Source: Candidatus Thorarchaeota archaeon
GTDB lineage: Archaea; Asgardarchaeota; Thorarchaeia; Thorarchaeales; Thorarchaeaceae
Direction of reading: 5' to 3'
Length of the DNA stretch: 64,000 bases
Assembly: GCA_046482545.1 (NCBI GenBank)
Contig: JAWOEX010000035.1
Span: 1 to 64,000, forward strand
The position numbers were made by a program, and so were the translations under genes. Positions within the stretch are counted from its first letter, which is position 1. Each line of letters starts with the position of its first letter. Below the pieces are notes generated by a model. That model saw only the letters and a program-made list of their open reading frames with translations, searched no databases and was not told where the DNA came from. Shown one piece after another: positions 28,425 through 38,365 of the stretch.

Positions 28425-28859
28425 CTAGTCTAATTCATGTAGAAGGGATGGCGGTAGTAAATCAATAAGATGAGTCATCACGTATTTGAACGCTGTAGCC
28501 GCAATCCTGCCTTCGGCTCGACGACTTGTGTGGGAATCCAAGGGCAAGTTGTTTACTAACATATCAACAATAGAATCAATCTGTAACTCTTTGGTCAACC
28601 ATAAATAGGCAACAATCGCTTCATAGGCGTCCCCAGCAGTACCTGCATCAGTTCGATGACCAATTTGTTCATAGACAGAAGTCGATCGAATCGCACGGGC
28701 TAGCACACTATCCCGGACCTTCTCGCCCGTTGAAGAGCCCAAGACAATGGATTTGGCTAGAGAATACATGAAATTTACTAAATTATCACCAATTTTCGCA
28801 AGTCCTTTGTCATTCAAGATTTGTGCAATTGAATCATGGTCAATCAAAGGCTGGTACAT
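28425..28859 (-). CDS. Archaeal RNase III-like protein
   Basis: DKGLAKIGDNLVN...GDAYEAIVAY; conserved position between rpo11 and tfs. Confidence 0.8.
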   Translation of the reverse strand: MYQPLIDHDSIAQILNDKGLAKIGDNLVNFMYSLAKSIVLGSSTGEKVRDSVLARAIRSTSVYEQIGHRTDAGTAGDAYEAIVAYLWLTKELQIDSIVDMLVNNLPLDSHTSRRAEGRIAATAFKYVMTHLIDLLPPSLLHELD

Positions 28860-28892
28860 TGCTAAGGACCTGCTGCAGTAACTTCACAAAAT

Positions 28893-29189
28893 CTAGCTCA
28901 CATCGTAATCTTCGACAGCCTGAAGGAATTCTTCCCTGAATTCCTCCGTACGTGCAAGCATGATTTCAAGGGCTTCTCGGAGTACGGTATTCGTATGTCG
29001 GCGTTCTGTTTTCAATGAAAATACAGGATCGGATAGTAGGGGGTGTTCTATATTGTAACCTGTGAATACAACGGATTCTTCTTCAAGAAGCGTCCTGCGA
29101 AGAAGATTACAGAATGCGTGTCCACCATCGGCTATTGTAAATTCTAGCTCATGTTGTTCATATACATCTGTTTTCAGTTCCATAATCAC
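28893..29189 (-). CDS. rpoL: RNA polymerase subunit Rpo11/RpoL
   Basis: GHAFCNLLR...GYNIEHPL. Confidence 0.92.
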   Translation of the reverse strand: MIMELKTDVYEQHELEFTIADGGHAFCNLLRRTLLEEESVVFTGYNIEHPLLSDPVFSLKTERRHTNTVLREALEIMLARTEEFREEFLQAVEDYDVS

Positions 29190-29830
29190 CGTCTCCTTCT
29201 ATTTCTCCCCGATCGTCTACTTGGGGCTAAATCGGGCCTTGATTCAACACCAAAACGCTCACCGTAATCTGAAGCAACTGTTCTAGTAGCTCGATTCTCA
29301 CAACGGAGACAAATCATATTGTCGTATTTAGTGTGAGTAAGTGCATTACCGCACTTCTTGCATTTTGCGAGAATCACACCATATTCTGAACCGACTATGC
29401 TGAGCTCAATAGGCATCTCATGAGTACTTAGGGATTCTGCTCGGATTAAGTCTCCAGCGACCATAACGTCATTTAGTGACTTGACATATCGTCGGGTGAT
29501 ATTGCTGATGTGGATTTCGGCCGGATAAGGGTTATAGAGATACTCTTCATTTCGCTTTACCACTCTAACCTCTGCCCGTTGATCATATACCCTATCGACT
29601 TCACCAATCAAGGTGTCGCCTTCTACTGGCAAAGATAGTCTCTTCCTGCCCTCCTTTGAAAGGACCTCAATCTTCCGCTCCTTAAGATTCATTGCTACCT
29701 TCCCCATGGTAGCAGCATACACAACGCCTTCATCTTCATAGGTACCGTGGCTCGGAATCAACTCCTCGATTACACAAAGCCGGTCTCCAGGAGCTACTAT
29801 ATCACCAGACTCAACATCAGCCGTTTTCAT
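29186..29830 (-). CDS. csl4: Exosome subunit Csl4
   Basis: VAPGDRL...GTY, S1 domain (EIHISNI, GDLIRA) and C-terminal zinc ribbon. Confidence 0.92.
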   Translation of the reverse strand: MKTADVESGDIVAPGDRLCVIEELIPSHGTYEDEGVVYAATMGKVAMNLKERKIEVLSKEGRKRLSLPVEGDTLIGEVDRVYDQRAEVRVVKRNEEYLYNPYPAEIHISNITRRYVKSLNDVMVAGDLIRAESLSTHEMPIELSIVGSEYGVILAKCKKCGNALTHTKYDNMICLRCENRATRTVASDYGERFGVESRPDLAPSRRSGRNRRRR

Positions 29831-30082
29831 CACGTTCCCGTAAAGGTTTGATAGTCTCCCAACTGATTGCGAAATATACCTTCCCATTCACTGGGTGTGA
29901 ATTGATATAGATAGGTAATCAGTAATATCACTAGTTGAGAGTCTGTCCTATATCGTCCTTGACAAGGGCGAGCTCCGTTGATATACCTTTAAGGCTTTGC
30001 TTTGCATGCCTAACGGCCAGGTACGATTATCTCAGCCAAGAAAGGCCAAGTCATAATATCTACTTGGTAATACGAAGGTATA

Positions 30083-30116
30083 AGTTCCACTGGAAATATT
30101 GGTTTCCATAGGAACT
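30083..30116. promoter_or_regulatory. Pair of inverted ORB-like boxes upstream of orc1/cdc6
   Basis: AGTTCCACTGGAAAT (30083-30097) and, on the minus strand, AGTTCCTATGGAAAC (30102-30116) match the TTCCAnTGGAAA core. Confidence 0.7.
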
Positions 30117-30130
30117 ATCCTTAGTTTCGT

Positions 30131-31396
30131 ATGGAGCTGAAAATTCGGATGGAGAGACCTCTTGACGCCCTATTTGACAAATTCCTGCAAGGCCAAGCAA
30201 TATTCAAGGACAGAGATGCGCTACGGCCTACATATGTGCCAAAAGAACTTCCGTACAGAGATGACCAGATGGGAAGGATTGGTTCCATTCTCGGTCCTTC
30301 GTTACGAGGGGCTCCACCATCGAATATTCTATGTTATGGAAAGACAGGAACCGGAAAAACTGTAGTAGCCAGATATGTCCTTTCTCTTTTAGTAGAGAAA
30401 GCAGAACAAAGTGGAATCAAAGCACCACTTACGGCATTTGTCAACTGTCGAATCGTAGGAACGAACTACCGGGTTATCAGAAGTCTTTGCAATCAAATTG
30501 ATGCAACTATGCCTGATGGCTCTGAAGTGCCATTTACCGGATTGCCCACGGACGAGATACGCGATCTTCTCAAAGAGAAACTAGATTCCGAAGTGAATAT
30601 TCTTACAGTTGTTCTAGATGAAGTAGATAGTCTCCTAAAGAGAGATGTTAATCAAGGAAATGATATACTATACGGACTTACCCGTATGAATGGAGAATTA
30701 GAGCGCAGTAGAATATCAATTATAGGTATAAGCAATGATTTGAAATTCAAAGAGATGCTTGATCCAAGAGTTCTGTCCACGCTAGGGGAGGAGGAGGTAA
30801 TATTCCCACCATATAATGCAGTAGAACTACGGGGTATTCTTCGACAGCGAGTTGATATTTCATTCAACGAAGGGGCAATACAGGACGAGGGGGTCATTAA
30901 TCTCGTTGGAGCTCTAGCAGCACAAGAACACGGAGACGCACGCAGAGCACTTGATCTGCTTAGAACTGCTGGCGAATTGGCTGAAAGGAAGGGAGATGAA
31001 GAAGTCACACAAGAGCATGTACGAGAAGCTCAGAAAGTACTTGAACGAGATAGTGTTTCTGAAGCGATTAAGACACTACCAATGCAGTCGAAGGCAGTCT
31101 TATTTGCCGTTTATGCACTAGCTAAGAGCGGCCATCGTAAGATTTTCACAGGTGAGTGTTACAATGCCTATGAAGATATTGCAAAAGCGCTTTCACTCGA
31201 TACCTTGACACAGAGAAGGATAAGCGATTTGATTAGTGAGCTGGACATGCTTGGACTAATCAATACCACAGTCATATCGAAGGGAAGATACGGTAGGACG
31301 AAAAAGATTCGTCTTGCAGTGAGCAAGAAACAGATTGGCTCAATTCTCAATGAGGATGTAAGATTAAGCAAAATCTCAGAGGATTTGTTAGAGTAA
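30131..31396 (+). CDS. cdc6: Orc1/Cdc6 replication initiator
   Basis: YGKTGTGKT, VLDEVD, GDARRALDLLR and C-terminal wHTH (GRYGRT). Confidence 0.97.
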   Translation: MELKIRMERPLDALFDKFLQGQAIFKDRDALRPTYVPKELPYRDDQMGRIGSILGPSLRGAPPSNILCYGKTGTGKTVVARYVLSLLVEKAEQSGIKAPLTAFVNCRIVGTNYRVIRSLCNQIDATMPDGSEVPFTGLPTDEIRDLLKEKLDSEVNILTVVLDEVDSLLKRDVNQGNDILYGLTRMNGELERSRISIIGISNDLKFKEMLDPRVLSTLGEEEVIFPPYNAVELRGILRQRVDISFNEGAIQDEGVINLVGALAAQEHGDARRALDLLRTAGELAERKGDEEVTQEHVREAQKVLERDSVSEAIKTLPMQSKAVLFAVYALAKSGHRKIFTGECYNAYEDIAKALSLDTLTQRRISDLISELDMLGLINTTVISKGRYGRTKKIRLAVSKKQIGSILNEDVRLSKISEDLLE

Positions 31397-31400
31397 CGGT

Positions 31401-33011
31401 CTACTCGTACACATGAAACACTTTCACATCAGGTGCGAGATTACGGAGATTGACAACACTCACGATTCCAGGTGTCGGTTCAATTCCTTGCTTTCTCATG
31501 AATTCAGTCTGAGCTTGAAAAGTCCCTGAGTTGATTATTTGAACACCTCTATAGGTATCCATTGCATTGTGGTGCGCGTGTCCGAAGTGAACTATATCAG
31601 GGGGAGTATCAATTACCATCCAATCTCGACTGAGGGGCGCGAGTTGTGTCTTGCCACCATATAAGGGAGTAAGATGGCGCTTTTTCAATAGGTACTTCAT
31701 GGGCTCCGCGGGCGCCTTATATGACATGCCAGGGATGGCGGTCACCAAATCATCTAGACTGTCTCCATGGGTAATGAGGATGTTTACTCCTTCAACCACT
31801 ACCTGACATGGGTCCCCCAAAATCATTATCTGATTTCCAAGGTCATAAAGTGGCGCCGCAAACTCGCGAGGGAGAGGGGGTTTTGGTAGAGCCCTTCTAC
31901 ATGCATCATGGTTGCCAGGTATACAAACAATTTTCATGCTTTCAGGAACTCTTCGAAGCTTGGCTGTAAGCTGCGCATATTGCTCGTATATATCAGGTAT
32001 GAGCAAATCGTCACGCTGATTCGGATAAACGCCGATGCCATCAACAAGGTCTCCTGCCACAAATAGATAACGGATATTCTGAACAATCTTCTTTTCGGAG
32101 TCCTCTACATCAATGCCTCTAAGCCAGTCAATGAAACGGTCAAAATCATCTTCTAGAAACTCTTTGCTTCCGAAATGGAGGTCTGATATGAATGCAGCAT
32201 AGACGGTTCGGTCTGCACGACCTGTTGTTGCGGCAGTAGGAATGTCGGGAAAGATAACATCCTTAGCAATCATTCTTCCATCTTGGTCTATATGGCCAGA
32301 TAGACATGTGACTTCATCAAGCAACAATGCGTTACCTTTCTCAAGAAGCTCCTTGCCGTTCAACCCCTTTCGATTGCTAGGAATCACGCAAAGTATATCG
32401 CCTTTAGGGTCTTCAATTTCAACAATCACGTTTCTTGAACGAGAAATTCGTTTGTTTTTGACCATCCCAATGACCTTGTGCACAGTTCTCCTGCTATGTC
32501 GACCTCCATTTCGCAAGGACTTTCGATGACGGTTTTCCTTCCGTTCCCGGGCCTCAAGTGGTGAAATCGAATTTTTCGTGTCAATTCTACTCATGTAAAT
32601 TTGCTTAATGCGGTTGAATCTATCGTTGAATAGATCAAGAAAGTCCTCAACGCTGCCTCCGGAGCCAACTGAGTCTCTATCCGGGTTCGTTATCACATTG
32701 ATATTCCAAAGGGAATATCCTGCTTGCGAGTGATCTAGTTCTGCCCCAAGGTCATCAGAAGCAGGCTGGTTCGTATCAGAATCAGTCTTGGATGGGTCTT
32801 CCTCCATTTCTGGTGTTGATTGTAGAACTTCTCTCAGGTGCTCTTGTGACAATACAGGGGGAGAGTTCTCGGGGGTATGGCTCACAATAATGGATTCAAC
32901 AGCTGCTATTGGCTTTTTTAGCTCTAGGATGTACTCAAGGGCGTCCGGTGTTATCTGTATACCGGAACCAATAAGCCGTTTGAGCAGTGTGCGCCGAATC
33001 GTAGACGTCAA
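31401..33011 (-). CDS. polB: DNA polymerase D small (exonuclease) subunit DP1
   Basis: ISDLHFGS, GDLVDGIGVYP, PGNHD, HLTPLYGG, GHAH. Confidence 0.95.
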   Translation of the reverse strand: MTSTIRRTLLKRLIGSGIQITPDALEYILELKKPIAAVESIIVSHTPENSPPVLSQEHLREVLQSTPEMEEDPSKTDSDTNQPASDDLGAELDHSQAGYSLWNINVITNPDRDSVGSGGSVEDFLDLFNDRFNRIKQIYMSRIDTKNSISPLEARERKENRHRKSLRNGGRHSRRTVHKVIGMVKNKRISRSRNVIVEIEDPKGDILCVIPSNRKGLNGKELLEKGNALLLDEVTCLSGHIDQDGRMIAKDVIFPDIPTAATTGRADRTVYAAFISDLHFGSKEFLEDDFDRFIDWLRGIDVEDSEKKIVQNIRYLFVAGDLVDGIGVYPNQRDDLLIPDIYEQYAQLTAKLRRVPESMKIVCIPGNHDACRRALPKPPLPREFAAPLYDLGNQIMILGDPCQVVVEGVNILITHGDSLDDLVTAIPGMSYKAPAEPMKYLLKKRHLTPLYGGKTQLAPLSRDWMVIDTPPDIVHFGHAHHNAMDTYRGVQIINSGTFQAQTEFMRKQGIEPTPGIVSVVNLRNLAPDVKVFHVYE

Positions 33012-33189
33012 TGGTAAGCCACCTTCAATAACGAACCTAGTCTTTAAACATCTTTTCTGCTCTTCGGAACCATGGATTGATAACGATGTGGGTGTCTTCG
33101 AGGTGCAATTGATTCAGTATGCAAGTAAGGTAATAAACCACATCTCATAGAGTTAGTTTGGCGCCACCTATTCGAAAGGCTGATGGAAT

Positions 33190-34167
33190 ATGCATATTAG
33201 AAAACTGCAAAGAACGGGAGGGACGAGCGGTAGTTCATTCCTTGTGACTTTACCCAAGGAGTGGGTGTTAGCGAGAAACTTGAAGAAAGGCGACCCGGTA
33301 GTAATTGCAGAACGCGAAGATGGTTGTCTTATTGTTGACCCTCGTCTACCGATGGGGGTCGGGAAGCGCTCGACAGAAGTAGAGATAAAATCAAACCTAG
33401 CAAGGCAAGTAACTAGTAAGTATCTGCTAGGATTTGATAAAATCAAAGTTGTCAGCAGCAAGAAAATCACCAAACAGCAGAGAAATGAACTGAAGGATAT
33501 TATCAAGAGATTTGTTTCACTTGAAATAACGGAAGAAAATGACCATAGTATCATGATTCAGTGCTTAATTGATCCTTCACGCCTAGGAGTAGATAAAGCC
33601 ATCCGGCGAATGTATCTTATAGCATCTAGAATGCTTGACGATGCTTTGTTAGCATACATCGACGGGGATAGCGAGCTGTCTCAATCAGTTGTAGAACGAG
33701 ATGAAGAAGTCGATCGATTGTTCTTCCTGATTGTTCGAGAACTTCGTTCAACCATTCAGTATCCTCGTATGTCAGAGTCAATGGGTATTAGACCCGTTGA
33801 AGCACTGGACTTCCGACTCGCAGCCCAGTATATTGAGAGAATAGCTGATCTGGCTGAAGACATAGCAGTCCGTGTTGAGAAACCAATAAACAAAGAGATA
33901 GCAGAGAAAATACAGCAAGTATGCAAAGATGTCAAGGATATGTTAGACAAGTCGGTTTCGAATTTGTTCGATTTTGAAACTGAGAAAGTCAACAGGGTAA
34001 TTCAAGCGGAAAAGGAACTGGACGGAACTACAGCAAGAGTAAGAAAGGAACTAATGGCCGAATTAGAAGAACAGTCACAGCGGCATCTTTACATTGTAGA
34101 TATATTACAGCGGATAGGAGAGGCAGCAAAGGATATTGCTGATCTAGCATTACCAAATCATCAGTGA
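33190..34167 (+). CDS. phoU: Phosphate-uptake regulator (AbrB-type N-terminus plus PhoU domains)
   Basis: RKLQRTGG..SFLVTLPKEW; RDEEVDRL; IERIADLA. Confidence 0.9.
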   Translation: MHIRKLQRTGGTSGSSFLVTLPKEWVLARNLKKGDPVVIAEREDGCLIVDPRLPMGVGKRSTEVEIKSNLARQVTSKYLLGFDKIKVVSSKKITKQQRNELKDIIKRFVSLEITEENDHSIMIQCLIDPSRLGVDKAIRRMYLIASRMLDDALLAYIDGDSELSQSVVERDEEVDRLFFLIVRELRSTIQYPRMSESMGIRPVEALDFRLAAQYIERIADLAEDIAVRVEKPINKEIAEKIQQVCKDVKDMLDKSVSNLFDFETEKVNRVIQAEKELDGTTARVRKELMAELEEQSQRHLYIVDILQRIGEAAKDIADLALPNHQ

Positions 34168-35555
34168 GCGTTGATATATTGCTATTCGGAACAAGCGGGA
34201 TTAGAGGCGGAATAAAGGACAGAGTAACCACTGACCTTTCAATGAATTTGGGTCGTTCACTGGGAACATATCTAAGGGGTAATGGGAAAATAGGAGTCGG
34301 AGTAGATGCAAGAACATCGAATCAGATGCTAAAAAGCAGCTTTAAGGCGGGGATAGTATCGACCGGTGTAGACGTTGTGAACCTGGGTCTCGTTCCAATG
34401 CCCACAGCGGCCTATTGCAGTACAAAGCATGGAATCTCGGCCTCAGTAGTTATCACAGCAAGCCATAACCCACCGACTGATAACGGCTTCAAATTTTTTG
34501 TGAATGGGCGAGAAATGATTAAATCTGAAGAGGAACAAATCACAAATTTTCTGGAAAACAGGGAATTCCTGATAGCCCCATGGTCTGAAATAGGTCAATT
34601 TTCTACAATTAGTATCAGAAACGAATACTTGCAATATCTTAAGCAGTTCCTCATGAAGAGGGGGAAACGAGGAGACAGTATGCGAGTCTTGATAGATGCA
34701 GCAAATGGTGCAGCATCGATGTATACTCCGTATCTACTAACTAGACTAGGGTTTGATGTTACAACCTTAAATTCAAATCTTGATGGTCATTTTCCGGGTA
34801 GACCGGCAGAACCGTCCCCAGAAAATCTTAAGGATACTATGGCACTAGCAGAAGCCGCTCAATTTCCGGTAACACTCTGCCACGATGGCGATGGAGACCG
34901 AGTAGCAGTCATCGACGAAGATGGTAACTTCATTGATCAGAACAGAGTAATAGCTCTTTTTGCAAGGGAAGAAATCAAGCGGAAGGGAGAAGGGACTGTT
35001 CTCGTTTCTATCGATACCTCTAGTGTTATTGACGAAGTAGTCAAGAATGAGGGGGGACATATAGAAAGAGCACCACTGGGTTCCTTGCAGGAGAAATTTG
35101 CTGAGGGAGGTCACAACATTGTTTTAGCTTCTGAGCCTTGGAAGCCGATTTTCACCAGTCTTGGGCAATGGATGGATGGAATTGCTGCAGCTGCAAGAAT
35201 CGCCCAGATGGTAAAGGAGCAAGGAAAAGGAAGCTGCAAGGAATTGATGATGTCGATACCAGAATATCCGATGCTTCGAGAACATATACGATGCCCAGAT
35301 AGAATGAAGAAATGTTTCATGAAGAAGGTGAAGGGGTTTGTTCAGGAGTTTACAAACGTTGAGAGAATAATTGAGGTAGATGGCGTACGTCTGGAATTTA
35401 CAGACAACTCGTATCTTCTTATCAGAGTTTCAGGAACTGAGCCCAAAGCTAGATTGTACATTGGAGCAAGAAGTGAAAATCGATTGCATGATTTGAGTGA
35501 CGAAGCTAGGAAAATGATGAAGCGTGCCTTAGGTGAGTGTAAGGACGAAGAGTAA
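34164..35555 (+). CDS. Phosphohexomutase (PGM/PMM/GlmM family)
   Basis: FGTSGIRG, TASHNP, DGDGDR, RVSGTEP. Confidence 0.93.
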   Translation: MSVDILLFGTSGIRGGIKDRVTTDLSMNLGRSLGTYLRGNGKIGVGVDARTSNQMLKSSFKAGIVSTGVDVVNLGLVPMPTAAYCSTKHGISASVVITASHNPPTDNGFKFFVNGREMIKSEEEQITNFLENREFLIAPWSEIGQFSTISIRNEYLQYLKQFLMKRGKRGDSMRVLIDAANGAASMYTPYLLTRLGFDVTTLNSNLDGHFPGRPAEPSPENLKDTMALAEAAQFPVTLCHDGDGDRVAVIDEDGNFIDQNRVIALFAREEIKRKGEGTVLVSIDTSSVIDEVVKNEGGHIERAPLGSLQEKFAEGGHNIVLASEPWKPIFTSLGQWMDGIAAAARIAQMVKEQGKGSCKELMMSIPEYPMLREHIRCPDRMKKCFMKKVKGFVQEFTNVERIIEVDGVRLEFTDNSYLLIRVSGTEPKARLYIGARSENRLHDLSDEARKMMKRALGECKDEE

Positions 35556-35583
35556 TGACACTAGGGCGTCAGTTCATATAGAG

Positions 35584-35693
35584 CGCCGGGGATGGGAAAT
35601 CCGGAACCCATCCAGAGATAGGCTCTTTCGAACCCACGAGCCCAAAGGGCAACGGTTTTCGAGACCGTCTCCGTACCGCTAGGATACCCCGGC
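35584..35693 (-). tRNA. tRNA-Ser(CGA) with a 29-nt intron in the T-loop (59/60)
   Basis: Cloverleaf GCCGGGG/CCCCGGC, anticodon arm ACGGT-CTCGAAA-ACCGT, long variable arm; BHB TTCG-AAA...CGGA-TTT. Confidence 0.9.
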
Positions 35694-35726
35694 TTTGCTG
35701 AGTTCCTGCATTCACCTATTATAATA

Positions 35727-36145
35727 ACCTGTTTCTTGCAATTGAGTGAACCCAGCTGAGGAAACTTCTGTGCTCCACCCTTCCTCTGCCGGCGACACCG
35801 CTACGAAGGTACCCGTAGGCCCTTGAGTCAGCAGGGACTTCGTCCGTATTCTTGTAGCTCGTTCTGGAATATCCGGGGAAATCATTCTTTCAAATCGTGG
35901 GGAACGGGTAACCTCTGCGCATACCCCTCTTTTACTTTGATTGCGGTCATAGCGAGTTTGTCCAAGTTACTTGCATTAATCCTCGTTCCACGCTTTCCCT
36001 TTAGTAATTCATCCTCGTGTTCCTCGATGACACCAAGAAAAGCAAGGATGGCGCAAGTATCACGGCCAACAATCTGCCTCAATTGCTGTTGCGTACGGTC
36101 TGTCATTGTCGAGTACTTGATTGGTACCTTGACACTGATATTCAT
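35727..36145 (-). mobile_element. tnpB: Internally deleted tnpB element (N-terminal pseudogene joined to the omega-RNA 3' end)
   Basis: MNISVKVPIKY...PHDLKE*FPRIFQNELQE aligns with the N-terminus of 881-2752. It is then joined directly to GGACGAAGTCCCTGCTGACTCAAGGGCC...GAAACAGGT. Confidence 0.85.
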
Positions 36146-36319
36146 TCCCTGATGACCGTTTTCGATAAAATGAAGAGTATTCAGCAATAAGTGCATAGAC
36201 TGCATTTTGTTATCATTTGCTGCTAGGAACAAATACTTCGTTGGTTGTATGAGTGAGTCATATCACTCATCTCTATGGCTTCCCAAGAACTAGCATATGT
36301 TCCGCGGTGAGTCAATTAG

Positions 36320-36440
36320 TGCGGAGGGCGAGATTTGAACTCGCGGACTCCTACGAGATTATCCTCAGTTGAGGGAATTTGTACCTCAGCCAATTTGGAT
36401 CCTAAGTCCAACGCCTTTGGCCTGGCTTGGCAACCTCCGC
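36320..36440 (-). tRNA. tRNA-Leu(TAG) with a 36-nt intron at 43/44
   Basis: GCGGAGG/CCTCCGC acceptor, TTGGA-CTTAGGA-TCCAA anticodon arm; BHB ATCC-AAA...GGAT-AAT. Confidence 0.9.
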
Positions 36441-36523
36441 TTGTTATGTGCGGACTGCACACTCCAAAATATAACCGTTTTGAAAGGGAGGGGGGGACAG
36501 GACGAATCAGTTCCTCCAGATGG

Positions 36524-36610
36524 ACCTTCGTGGCGGTGTCGCCGGCAGAGGAAGGGTGGAGCACAGAAGTTTCCTCAGCTGGGTTCACTCAATTGCAAGA
36601 AACAGGTTAT
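36524..36610 (+). repeat. 87-bp tnpB right-end/omega-RNA 3' fragment; inverted copy of 35724-35810
   Basis: 86 of 87 positions identical to the reverse complement of 35724-35810. Confidence 0.9.
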
Positions 36611-36737
36611 AAGGACATGTCATAACGTTTTTATGAGGACCGCAGGATGTCGGCAAGATTGTTAGTTGAGAATCAGTACGTAGTATTGAGATTCTCCAAC
36701 TACTCAAACATCCTATCACTGAGGGTGCGATATCAAG

Positions 36738-37376
36738 ATGTCATCTAAGGGTAAAAAGTCGGCCGGAAGAACAAGGGACAAGTGGCGACAAAAGGATTGG
36801 TATGAACTCACTGCGCCAGATTATTTCGACAATAAGAATGTCGGAAGCACACCGGCAAGCAATCCTGATTTGGTAATAGGTCGCACCGTTACTCCGACTC
36901 TTTATGACTTGACTGGAGATTTCGATCAGATTCATGTCAAGCTGCGATTCAAGGTTTTTGAAGTAAAAGGCAAAGAAGCCCGTACCACCTTCCGCGGGCA
37001 TCAATGGAGCTCTGATTATCTCAGAGGTTTGGTCAAGAGGGGAACGTCAAGGATAGATTGGATTGGGCCCATTCTTACAAAGGACGATTATTTGATGCGA
37101 ATATCAGTGATTGTCTTCACAATGACTCGCGCGAAAAGTAGTCATAAGCATGCAATACGGAAAACAATTGAGAGAATAATTCGCGCACATGCTAAGAAGC
37201 ACAGCTTCGAAGAGCTTGTACAGAAAGTGGTAATGGGCGAGTTGGCGGCTGAGGTTTATGATGCTGTCAAGACAATAATACCAATCAGGCAGTGCAATAT
37301 TCGCAAGAGCAAGGTGCTTAAGGGACCAAAGGAAGTCAAAGAAAGAAGAGAAAGACTTCGCAGGAAAGAGGAGTAG
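36738..37376 (+). CDS. rps3ae: 30S ribosomal protein eS1 (S3Ae)
   Basis: RDKWRQKDWY..AP..F, TLYDLTGDF, DYLRGLVKRGTSRID. Confidence 0.95.
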   Translation: MSSKGKKSAGRTRDKWRQKDWYELTAPDYFDNKNVGSTPASNPDLVIGRTVTPTLYDLTGDFDQIHVKLRFKVFEVKGKEARTTFRGHQWSSDYLRGLVKRGTSRIDWIGPILTKDDYLMRISVIVFTMTRAKSSHKHAIRKTIERIIRAHAKKHSFEELVQKVVMGELAAEVYDAVKTIIPIRQCNIRKSKVLKGPKEVKERRERLRRKEE

Positions 37377-37460
37377 TCAAGCTATATCACCCCATCAGTA
37401 TCTCAATCTGAATGGCACCCCGAGGTTGCGCCAGAACAATGGATTCGTGATGAAAGACTG

Positions 37461-37835
37461 TTATTTCCGTTGCATGGCTGTTTCAATTATTTCTAGTGCT
37501 TCCAATATGCGGAGGAGAAGGGTCACCAGTTGCGTAAGGGATTCTACTGTTTGATGCTGTTCAATACTCTCTCCAACAAGTTTCATCTTTCCAACGAGTG
37601 TGCTATGCAAGGTGGTTAGTATATTAGGAGATTCAGAGAAATCATTGGACTGAGATAGGGTAGGTTGCCCACCACTCTGTTCAGCGAATTGCTGGTCACA
37701 GTTGGCACAGTAGATTTTGTCGCCTACCTTCAGCAATGGGGAACCGCATTTGGGACAAGGCTGTGCAAGCATGCTTGCTCCTTTCCTAAGCAATTCGGCC
37801 ATTTTTCGTACAGCGGGGGCATCTCGATCAGACAT
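37461..37835 (-). CDS. Sjogren/scleroderma autoantigen 1 (UPF0148) family zinc-ribbon protein
   Basis: KMAELLRKGASMLAQPCPKCGSPL...YCANC. Confidence 0.85.
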   Translation of the reverse strand: MSDRDAPAVRKMAELLRKGASMLAQPCPKCGSPLLKVGDKIYCANCDQQFAEQSGGQPTLSQSNDFSESPNILTTLHSTLVGKMKLVGESIEQHQTVESLTQLVTLLLRILEALEIIETAMQRK

Positions 37836-38006
37836 GTGATTTCTCGTCTCACAAGAGAAGGATTAGCTTGATATAGATATAAGGAAATCCCAATAGGAAG
37901 TGTATTGCCAGAGGTACAGTATTCATACAGAAATGTTGATATGCTGACGGCCAGTGACATGATTTTGTTGTTTGCACTCGGTACGTGCACCATGATAAGT
38001 TGAGAG

Positions 38007-38279
38007 GTGAGTCCATTGGACCCCGAAACAAAGAAAAGCATTGATCATTCTATTCACCTGCTTAAGCAGATTTCAGAAGATTCCTCGGTTCCACGTAATA
38101 TAAGACGTGCAGCCAATGAAGCGATTGCTATACTCGAAGGCGAGACAGATTCTCCTGCCGCAAAGGCACAGAATGCAATTTCAGTTCTCGATGAACCGAG
38201 TCAAGACCCTAATTGTCCTAATCATGCCCGCACGAAGATATGGCAAGTCTCAAGTCTGCTCGAACCCATTCGAGACTAG
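38007..38279 (+). CDS. UPF0147 family protein
   Basis: DSSVPRNIRRAA...DPNCPNHARTKIWQ. Confidence 0.9.
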   Translation: MSPLDPETKKSIDHSIHLLKQISEDSSVPRNIRRAANEAIAILEGETDSPAAKAQNAISVLDEPSQDPNCPNHARTKIWQVSSLLEPIRD

Positions 38280-38365
38280 TCCCAATATCATCTACAGGAA
38301 TCTGTGTTGTAGGCTGCCTGCAACATCATAGTGCTCCCGGCGCCTCGTTAGGTAAGTGTTCAAAT

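Noticed and set aside
36513-36523. 9-nt match (CATCTGGAG) between the putative guide after 23977 and the flank of the 36524 repeat
   Set aside because: Too short to exceed chance in 64 kb on two strands.
36316-36665. ORFs overlapping tRNA-Leu and the 87-bp repeat
   Set aside because: They overlap RNA features and have no protein-like motifs.
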